A stretch of DNA of 32,000 nt from Candidatus Brocadia sp. (lineage in GTDB: Bacteria > Planctomycetota > Brocadiia > Brocadiales > Brocadiaceae). The position numbers and the translations under genes were made by a program. The notes under the pieces were generated by a model. That model did no database searches. It saw nothing but the letters and a program-made list of their open reading frames with translations, and had not been told where the DNA came from. Location: the NCBI GenBank assembly GCA_021650915.1, contig CP091279.1, forward strand, positions 1,440,001-1,472,000, read 5' to 3'. This document shows, one piece after another, positions 25,235-32,000 of this stretch (position 1 is the stretch's first letter; each line of letters opens with the position of its first letter).

Positions 25235-25443
25235 TCTCGCACCCTCACATCAAATGTCACAAATGCAAATGTAAGCCTTGAAATGTCAAGTCTGCGTTCT
25301 CTAATCGCTGCCATTAAATCGTCAAGTGATCTTCTGGAATCCACAAAACCTTCTGGATTAACTACTATCCATGAATTATTGAATTCACGCAATTCATTCC
25401 AATGAGTAGACAACCAATCCGAACCACTAAATACTTGAGCCAT
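25231..25443 (-). CDS. Small DUF5678-like protein
   Basis: A 70-aa ORF overlapping the protease start (ATGA). The pattern NELREFNNSWIVVNPEGFVDSRRSLDDLMAAIRE resembles DUF5678 proteins that often precede retropepsin-like genes. Assignment is from memory. Confidence 0.45.
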   Translation of the reverse strand: MAQVFSGSDWLSTHWNELREFNNSWIVVNPEGFVDSRRSLDDLMAAIRERRLDISRLTFAFVTFDVRVRE

Positions 25444-25449
25444 AAGTCA

Positions 25450-25917
25450 TCACTCCTTTTTAGATGTATCAGGTGGCTGAATAGTCCAGCCTGGTGGAAG
25501 ATTTTCAGCCGAGTTCACTGGTATAGCGGGTGCTTGCGGCGCTGGCTGATTTGCAATAGGCTGATATTTCAAGGTGATTTTGTTCGAGTGTGTTTCTTTT
25601 GAGGATCCTCCCAATTCTACAGCATAAACTTGAGGTATTTCACTTTTTGATTTCAGATCAGTTTGCGATTCGGCTTCAAAGGCAACCTCTATGGTACACT
25701 CTTGAAACTGCATGGTTTTCTCATGAGTGCTTTTATGGACTTCGGCTATCTGTCTCGATACCTCAATCAAAAGATCTTTTAAGATAGCAACACGTCGTGG
25801 TGCGGGTAACTTCGCACGATTAATTAGATAACCGACATAGTAACCAACTATTCCCGCTATCATAGTGCCAAGAGCAAAAGCACAAGTAAGAAGAGAAATC
25901 AACACTGATGTTTCCAT
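25450..25917 (-). CDS. Membrane-anchored protein with trypco2-like (trypsin co-occurring domain 2) C-terminal region
   Basis: An N-terminal TM helix (VLISLLTCAFALGTMIAGIVGYYVGYL) is followed by MQFQECTIEVAFEAESQ...VYAVELGGSSKETHSNKITLKYQP. This resembles the trypco2 pattern F.V..VELEF.V......G.....THR.KL.L.P. The start is uncertain (25917 or 25923; AGGAGA lies upstream). Confidence 0.45.
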   Translation of the reverse strand: METSVLISLLTCAFALGTMIAGIVGYYVGYLINRAKLPAPRRVAILKDLLIEVSRQIAEVHKSTHEKTMQFQECTIEVAFEAESQTDLKSKSEIPQVYAVELGGSSKETHSNKITLKYQPIANQPAPQAPAIPVNSAENLPPGWTIQPPDTSKKE

Positions 25918-25953
25918 TTCCATTCTCCTAAAATTCAAGATAGTTAACCAGGC

Positions 25954-26029
25954 GGCTAACATGAATTATCCGTACGAACAGCCGCATTGTTTTACGGCTG
26001 TTCGTACATATAATACGTCTACTGTTAAC
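25954..26029 (-). other. attC-like site (attC-F) bordering the intI remnant
   Basis: The minus strand reads AGTTAAC-(16 nt)-GTACGAACAGCCG-TAAAACAATG-CGGCTGTTCGTAC-(11 nt)-GTTAGCC. The stem is a perfect 13 bp, the spacers are partly complementary, and AACAATGCGG is shared with attC-D. Confidence 0.5.
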
Positions 26030-26146
26030 TTATTATACGGCTATTTGGGCATATAATAAGGTGCACGAATATCTTGCCGGGAGTATACCTTACATTACCA
26101 AAATAGTGCAATACCTTTTATTTTTTCAAAGCAAAAATTAACTCTT

Positions 26147-26306
26147 ATACCCAAACCTAAATTATTAGATCAGATGCGTGATGCAATCCGGGTAAAGCAC
26201 TACAGCATGAGAACAGAAGAGGCGTATGTTCATTGGATTAAAGAAACACTCTTACAAAAATCGGTAAAAGCGGCGATCCGTGCCGCAGGGATCAATAAAC
26301 CTGCAA
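26147..26306 (+). pseudogene. intI: Integron-integrase (IntI) remnant 2: start codon lost, internal deletion, 3' truncation
   Basis: (ATA)PKPKLLDQMRDAIRVKHYSMRTEEAYVHWIKE is joined directly to TLLQKSVKAAIRAAGINKPAS, which resembles the IntI region just before the HxLRHSFATHLL box. ATA stands where remnant 1 has ATG. It ends where the convergent ABC gene stops. Confidence 0.65.
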
Positions 26307-26309
26307 GTT

Positions 26310-28319
26310 TTATGACCACTTTGGGTGCTGAGGCGCCTCGTTCAAGTCGATAGCGGGTTCTTGAATTATGGTGTCCCCTGCTTTTTCTATTCCTGCTTCA
26401 GCCTCTTCGAATTTCATCTTTTCCTGGGTATTGAACTGCATCTCGAAGAGTTTTTTGTAAAGCCCTCCATGGGCAAGCAGTTCGTGATGAAGTCCCGTTT
26501 CAACGATCCGCCCCTTCTCCAGCACCATGATCAGATCGGCATGGAGTATGGTTGACAGCCGGTGCGCAATAACGAACGTGGTCCGGTCTTTTATCAGGCG
26601 GTAGATGGCGTTTTGAATAAGTTGCTCGGTCTCCGTATCAACCGATGCTGTGGCCTCGTCCAGGATAAGGATTCTGGGGTTGGCAAGGATGGCACGGGCA
26701 ATGGCGATGCGTTGTTTCTGTCCGCCGGAGAGCTTTACCCCGCGTTCACCAATCAGGGAATCATATTGCTTTGGCAGCTCGCAGATAAAGTCATGCGCAT
26801 TGGCGGCGCGGGCAGCCTCTTCAATTTCGTTGCCCGCCGCATCAGACCGGGCATAGGCGATGTTTGCCTTTATGGTGTCATTAAACAAAAAAGGCTCCTG
26901 GAGCACCATGGCCATTTGCCTGCGCAGGGAGTGGAGTCTGACGTCCTTTATGTTATATCCATCAATGAAAATCCCTCCTTTGGTGGGGTCATAAAATCGG
27001 GGGATGAGTTTTGTCAGGGTGGTCTTGCCACTGCCGCTGGGACCTACAAACGCAATCATCTGGCCCGGACGCGCAGTGAGGTTGATGTCTGACAGGACTT
27101 CGGTGTCCTGATTATAGGCGAAGTGGACGTGCCTGAATTCTACCATACCCCGCACAGGTGGCAAATCAATGGCATAGGGAGCATCTTTTAAATCGCACGG
27201 CGTATCCAGTATCTCAAAGATGCGCTCGGTGGATGCGATGGCGCGCTGCACCTGGTTGTAAAAACGGGTCAGTCCGGTAATCGGACTGTACATCATCTGG
27301 AGATAGGGAAAGAATATGACAAACGTCCCTGCGGAGAGCTGTCCCTGGAGTACTTTATATCCGCCCAGGCAGATGACAACGACCGCGCCCGTTTCGGTTA
27401 TCAGGTCCACGATGGGCCTTAATGCAGAAACAAGTTTTAATATCCGAACGTAGAGGTGGTAGTTATCATAGTTCTTGCTCCGGAATCGTTCCATCTCCTC
27501 GGCTTCTTTTGCAAATCCCGCAATGACCCGTATTCCCGAGATGTTGTCCTGAATGAGGGAGTTGAGTTCGGCCGTTTTGTCCCTGAGGGAGCGAAAGACC
27601 TTTCGGATCCTTTTGCCAAAATTGTAGGTGCAGAGGGAGATGAAGGGACAAACACCCAGGGCAATGCTGGTGAGTTGCCAGTCAAGTTTTAAGCAAAAAT
27701 AGAGTATCCAGCCAAATTTAAACATATCCGTTATGAAACTCATCACCGGTCCCACAATTGCCTGCTCCAGGGAATTCACGTCATTCATGAGACGGCTCAT
27801 GATATCGCCGGTCTTGGTATTTTCAAAATATTGCAAGGGGAATCGCTGGATATGGCCGTAGAGATGATTCCGCATATCGTAAATGAGCCTTTGGCCGAGC
27901 TCTGAAGTAAGGAATCCATGGACCAGCGTAAGTCCGCTGTGAAAGACGTGCATAACGATGAAGCTTACGGCGAGAAAGACGAGGGTAACGATGGTGTCAT
28001 GATACCCTGCAAACCAGTGCTTATGAACATAGTGGGATGCCCGGAGCAGGGGTTTTGCCAGCGGGATGGGATTCTTTGGTACGTGAGGGCTGGTTTTGCC
28101 GGATGCTTTTTCCTCAGATGAAGCGTTGTGCGGTGTTTTGATAAAGGTGTCGGCTATCCTTATTTCATCCACGGCAATGCCCAGTATTTGGGTTGGCAAC
28201 ACAGCAATGTAAGCGCTGACGGCCGAAAGGATGAGGATAATTACCGATTTATGCCAGTACGGCTGCAGATAACCGAGGAGTCTGACATAGGTGTTTCTTA
28301 AAGAAGCGTCATTTTTCAT
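26310..28319 (-). CDS. ABC exporter, fused permease/ATPase (MsbA/ABCB-like)
   Basis: Walker A GPSGSGKTT, signature LSGGQKQRIAIARA, Walker B ILILDEATS and an N-terminal six-TM-type domain. The start is set at MKNDASL (28319). Confidence 0.9.
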   Translation of the reverse strand: MKNDASLRNTYVRLLGYLQPYWHKSVIILILSAVSAYIAVLPTQILGIAVDEIRIADTFIKTPHNASSEEKASGKTSPHVPKNPIPLAKPLLRASHYVHKHWFAGYHDTIVTLVFLAVSFIVMHVFHSGLTLVHGFLTSELGQRLIYDMRNHLYGHIQRFPLQYFENTKTGDIMSRLMNDVNSLEQAIVGPVMSFITDMFKFGWILYFCLKLDWQLTSIALGVCPFISLCTYNFGKRIRKVFRSLRDKTAELNSLIQDNISGIRVIAGFAKEAEEMERFRSKNYDNYHLYVRILKLVSALRPIVDLITETGAVVVICLGGYKVLQGQLSAGTFVIFFPYLQMMYSPITGLTRFYNQVQRAIASTERIFEILDTPCDLKDAPYAIDLPPVRGMVEFRHVHFAYNQDTEVLSDINLTARPGQMIAFVGPSGSGKTTLTKLIPRFYDPTKGGIFIDGYNIKDVRLHSLRRQMAMVLQEPFLFNDTIKANIAYARSDAAGNEIEEAARAANAHDFICELPKQYDSLIGERGVKLSGGQKQRIAIARAILANPRILILDEATASVDTETEQLIQNAIYRLIKDRTTFVIAHRLSTILHADLIMVLEKGRIVETGLHHELLAHGGLYKKLFEMQFNTQEKMKFEEAEAGIEKAGDTIIQEPAIDLNEAPQHPKWS

Positions 28320-28512
28320 GGTACAGCACAACCGCAACCAAGTCCCCACCCCTTACAAATGGCAAACAATCTCCCTGGATACCACTGTGCCAACAGGGAT
28401 TTGTTCGGCAGGTAGCTTAACTGAGTGACATTCGGCTGCATTGCTGAATCAATGAGCCAGGGAGAACATCCTGAAAGGGGAAAGGGCGGGAGATGGTGTA
28501 GTTCACTCCTTT

Positions 28513-28556
28513 TCAAAAAAAAAGGCAGTTGTTTACTTCCCCTAACAACTGCCTTT
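28513..28556 (-). terminator. Rho-independent terminator
   Basis: The minus strand reads AAAGGCAGTTGTT-aggggaagta-AACAACTGCCTTT followed by a T9 run, about 40 nt downstream of the stop at 28599. Confidence 0.7.
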
Positions 28557-28598
28557 CCTAAATATGTTTCGAAAAAAACTTCAGTTCTTTACCACGCC

Positions 28599-28943
28599 TT
28601 AGTGATGTCCGCTTGGATGAAGCGCAGCAGAGCCTAAATCTAAGGAAATGAACCGAATGTCTTTTTCTTCAAGATTTACGCTGGTATGAGCGCTTGCACC
28701 GCCATGCTCATGCACGCTGATTTCGTACGATCCTGGTCTCAGTTCAAATACACAGGTACCATTCTTTCCGGTTGTACACGTATTATCACCGACCTTAATT
28801 TCTGCTCCTTCAATAGGTGTACCAATAGCAATTGCCGTAACCCATAATTTTGCAGGCTTCACCTGATATGCCTGTACCTTTGTCATGCCAATCCCTGCAA
28901 CCAATGCAACACCCAGAAATCCTGCACATATCTTCTTAAACAT
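28599..28943 (-). CDS. Small secreted protein, carboxypeptidase-regulatory-like beta-sandwich pattern
   Basis: A signal-peptide-like N-terminus (MFKKICAGFLGVALVAGIGMTKVQA). GAEIKVGDNTCTTGKNGTCVFELRPGSYEISV resembles CarboxypepD_reg-type domains. A His-rich tail follows. Confidence 0.5.
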   Translation of the reverse strand: MFKKICAGFLGVALVAGIGMTKVQAYQVKPAKLWVTAIAIGTPIEGAEIKVGDNTCTTGKNGTCVFELRPGSYEISVHEHGGASAHTSVNLEEKDIRFISLDLGSAALHPSGHH

Positions 28944-29204
28944 AACCCCTTTCTCCTTTCTTCGCTAGATTTGATAGTACTATCTTAAAATCGTAATAGA
29001 AATACGGTAATACCTGTCTCCTTTTTGTTCCCCCCTTCCGTTCCACCCCCTTTCGCTCTCGGTAATACTTATGAATAATCATCCTTTGGTTAACAAATAT
29101 TACCATTATACATTTTAATTTTTTCTCGTCAAGACATAATATTTGTACCCATTATTCGTATTCTGATTGCTCGACTTCGTTTTTCTGGTCTCCTTCCCGG
29201 GATT

Positions 29205-29846
29205 CTACTTTAATTCTTTGATGATAAACATCCCCTCCGGAGGATTCATCAGCACGATCTTAATCCGTTCGTGCCATAGTTCCCCGAACTCCTTTATCTC
29301 GGCATCGCTCCCCTTGCCCGTGACCGCCAGCGGCATCAAATCACCCATCTTCGGATTTGCAGGAAGCATGTAGTTGCTGTAAGAAATTTCGATCTTTTTG
29401 TTATTATCCATCCTTTCAAACACCACGGTACAAACGGCATCCTCTTTCGCCTGCTGCGTTTCATTAAAAGAAAGTAAATTATGCCGGTTATATCTGCCGC
29501 CGCCAAGCCCTTTAAACCCACTCTCGCCTGCAGCGCCCGTTATCAGAGTAACAACCTGCGATATCGGCCCGTTCACCTTATAATCGATCCCCCCTTTAAA
29601 CGTCACCTTGATTTGTCCCCGGACGGGGACTTCACTTCCGTACAGGCTTTTCAGCGCCAGGAGGGTTAATTTGTAAGCGCCGGAAACCGCAGGACACGAG
29701 TGCCCTGCAAACTTGACGGCATCCGTGTACGTAAATACAAATGCCTCGTTTTTATCCATCGCACCCAGGGTAATGGCAAGAGGGTCCTTGATCCTGATCG
29801 TTTCTACCGAGTCAAAAAAGGATTTATTAAATTTTGTCTGCTCCAT
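29205..29846 (-). CDS. Hypothetical protein, FmdE-like motif
   Basis: A 213-aa ORF with GGAGAAAG upstream. FAGHSCPAVSGAYK resembles the GHxCPG motif of FmdE-family proteins. The assignment is weak. Confidence 0.4.
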   Translation of the reverse strand: MEQTKFNKSFFDSVETIRIKDPLAITLGAMDKNEAFVFTYTDAVKFAGHSCPAVSGAYKLTLLALKSLYGSEVPVRGQIKVTFKGGIDYKVNGPISQVVTLITGAAGESGFKGLGGGRYNRHNLLSFNETQQAKEDAVCTVVFERMDNNKKIEISYSNYMLPANPKMGDLMPLAVTGKGSDAEIKEFGELWHERIKIVLMNPPEGMFIIKELK

Positions 29847-30020
29847 GGATCTTTCTCCTTATAATATAGTATTACCGTATAAAATCTTTCTTTTTTTATA
29901 AGTTTTCACAACCCCCTCCACCCCCTTTGCTAAGGGGGACTTAATGTATATGTATAGGAATTTCAATCTTTTGAGCCCCCTCTAGAAAGAGAAAACACAC
30001 CCCCGACTACTCTTTTTAGA

Positions 30021-30076
30021 GTTGTAGGGCGACGAGGCTCGTCGCTCTACATTGAAAAGGTCGCCAAAGGCCTAAT
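30021..30076. repeat. 56-bp hairpin repeat (REP-like), copy 2
   Basis: gttgtagggcgacgaggctcgtcgctctacattgaaaaggtcgccaaaggcctaat. It is collinear with 16645-16700. Confidence 0.8.
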
Positions 30077-30106
30077 TAACAGGCAAACACGGAGGCAATG
30101 GTCTGT

Positions 30107-31846
30107 CTAATCTTCGAGCGTAGAGATATCTCCCGTTGGCAGTCCAAGGTCTCTTGCCTTTAACAACCGGCGCATGATTTTACCGCTGCGGGTCTTGGGT
30201 AAATTGCCGCAAAATTCGATTTCTCGCGGGTATGCATGTGCCGCTAAACGATGCTTGATAAAGACCTTTATCTCCTCTTCTAATGCTTTTGATATTGCAA
30301 ACCCCTCCCGGAGCACCACAAACGCCTTGATAATCTCTCCCCGCTCCACGTCTGGCTTCCCAATTACCCCTGCCTCTGCCACCGCCCGGTGTTCGAGGAG
30401 CGCGCTCTCTACCTCAAAGGGCCCCACCCTGTGGCCGGAGGTATTAATGACATCATCTGCCCTTCCCACAAACCAGAAATACCCGTCCTCATCTTTATAC
30501 GCCGTGTCGCCCGTTGCATACCATCCATTAATGCTGAAATATTCCCGAAACCGCTTTTCGTCACCCCATACCGCCCGCAACATAGAAGGCCACCCCGGCT
30601 GTAATGCCAGAAGTCCATGTTGCCCTGCCGGTAACTCATTCCCTTTACCATCAATGATCGCCGCCTTCGTGCCCGGGAATGGCTTGCCCATGGAGCCAGG
30701 CTTAATCGGCAGGCAGGGATAATTTGCAATCATAATAGCGCCCGTTTCCGTCTGCCACCAGGTATCATGAATGGGTAACTGATACACCTTTACGCCCCAT
30801 CTGATTACCTCCGGGTTCAGAGGTTCCCCGACGCTGCAGATATACCGCAGGCTGGTTAAATCATACTTTTTTATCAGATCATCACCCGCCTTCATAAGCA
30901 TCCGTAACGCCGTAGGGGCGGTATACCATACGGTAATTTTATATGTCTGGATGATCTCATACCACTTTGCGGCATCAAATCGTCCGTCATAGATATACGA
31001 AGAGACGCCATTCAGCCACGGCCCCCATAGTCCATATACCGTACCCGTTACCCAGCCAGGGTCCGCGGTACACCAATAAATATCCTCATCCCGCAGGTCA
31101 AGTACCCACTTGGTGGTAATATAATATGAAATCATATCATAATGGACGTGGGTTATTCCTTTGGATTTCCCCGTGGTGCCAGATGTGTACAGGATATACA
31201 AAGGGTCTTCCAGTTCCAACCCCACCGCCTCAAACTTGTCGGAGGCATCTTTCATCAGGGTTGCGTAACACACATCCTTCTCTTCCAGCTCATATTCCTT
31301 CCGGTAGTCTACCAGTACGATACGTTCCAGCTTTGGCAATTCCCACAGCACCGTATCAACCCGCTCTTTCAGTTCCTGAGTGGTAATCAAGACCTTTGCC
31401 TCGCTATTCTGCAAGCGGTCGCGAACGGCGTCCGGTCCAAAGGCGGAAAACATAGGCCCGGCAATAGCGCCAAGCTTTGCAATGGCTATGATGCTGATGT
31501 AGAGTTCCGGCAAACGGGGAAGAAAAATAAAGACCCGGTCGCCCTTTTTCACCCCAATCGACCGCAGCATATTCGCGCACTTATCAGAGAGGTTTTTCAG
31601 TTCCAGAAAGGTGTATTTCTGGCGGGTACCGTCAGGGCCTTCCCAGTACAATGCCACCTTATTTTTCCGCCATGACTGCGCATGCTTATCAATCGCTTCG
31701 TAGGCAATATTGGCTTTCTTCGCAGGATTATCAGGCAAGAAAAGTTCCTTCTTAACGGCTTCCCACGAAAATTCCTTACCAGCCTGCTCGTAATTTACAA
31801 GACCGGTTACGACCGGCGCTTTGTTTATTATTTCTCCACTTTTCAT
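30107..31846 (-). CDS. AMP-forming acyl-CoA synthetase (acetate-CoA ligase-like)
   Basis: The AMP-binding motif YTSGTTGKSKG plus the YATGD, GRADDVINTSGHRVG and LPKTRSGKIMRR blocks. The start is ambiguous among 31846, 31861 and 31888. Confidence 0.85.
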   Translation of the reverse strand: MKSGEIINKAPVVTGLVNYEQAGKEFSWEAVKKELFLPDNPAKKANIAYEAIDKHAQSWRKNKVALYWEGPDGTRQKYTFLELKNLSDKCANMLRSIGVKKGDRVFIFLPRLPELYISIIAIAKLGAIAGPMFSAFGPDAVRDRLQNSEAKVLITTQELKERVDTVLWELPKLERIVLVDYRKEYELEEKDVCYATLMKDASDKFEAVGLELEDPLYILYTSGTTGKSKGITHVHYDMISYYITTKWVLDLRDEDIYWCTADPGWVTGTVYGLWGPWLNGVSSYIYDGRFDAAKWYEIIQTYKITVWYTAPTALRMLMKAGDDLIKKYDLTSLRYICSVGEPLNPEVIRWGVKVYQLPIHDTWWQTETGAIMIANYPCLPIKPGSMGKPFPGTKAAIIDGKGNELPAGQHGLLALQPGWPSMLRAVWGDEKRFREYFSINGWYATGDTAYKDEDGYFWFVGRADDVINTSGHRVGPFEVESALLEHRAVAEAGVIGKPDVERGEIIKAFVVLREGFAISKALEEEIKVFIKHRLAAHAYPREIEFCGNLPKTRSGKIMRRLLKARDLGLPTGDISTLED

Positions 31847-32000
31847 GACCCCGGTTACCATAGATAATTGAGACAAAATAAAACACAATCTTATATCACT
31901 TATAATGATAAGTCAATGAGAAAGGTATCGTATTGGTAAATCTGGTTAGGGGCGGCTTCGGCAGCACTTTAGCTGCAGGGCTACGTCAAGTATAAGCGCA

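Noticed and set aside
16645-30076. Possibility that the recurring hairpin repeats represent a CRISPR array
   Set aside because: The copies are kilobases apart, not regularly spaced, and lack uniform spacers. No cas genes are present.

Overview
This 32-kb bacterial chromosomal window has two ordinary gene blocks flanking a heavily rearranged accessory core. No taxon can be assigned from the sequence alone. The gene content (nrfHA, ECF sigma/anti-sigma pair, deoxyhypusine-synthase-like gene, queCE) fits an anaerobic nitrogen-cycling bacterium. Left block (1-8.1 kb): partial MscS-like channel, cyclase/kynurenine-formamidase-like protein, ECF sigma plus zf-HC2 anti-sigma, a decayed IS200-type tnpA, deoxyhypusine-synthase-like gene, GT9 glycosyltransferase and a small Cys-rich protein. 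Right block (26.3-32 kb): ABC exporter, small secreted protein, FmdE-like protein and an AMP-forming acyl-CoA synthetase. The accessory core (8.4-26.3 kb) holds several elements. There are two near-identical 1.85-kb DDE insertion sequences; one is frameshifted and sits just upstream of nrfHA, and the other is intact and splits a cassette gene. There is a split IS91-type transposase gene. A stretch of gene fragments carries an intI N-terminal remnant, a corA 3' piece, a group II intron 3' piece with a recognisable domain V, and a LamG tail. queC-queE follow. The most interesting part is what reads as a decayed chromosomal integron. A second intI remnant at 26.15 kb points away from a minus-strand array of small cassettes separated by attC-like sites of one sequence family. 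The cassettes are toxin-antitoxin-like pairs, a DJ-1/PfpI pseudogene, and a three-gene module of a trypco2-like membrane protein, a DUF5678-like protein and a retropepsin-like protease. An MBL-fold hydrolase gene bracketed by 81-bp direct repeats and by a degenerate duplicate of neighbouring cassette DNA lies at the array's left edge. I found no rRNA, tRNA or CRISPR. All domain assignments are by-eye motif recognition and need HMM or structure confirmation.
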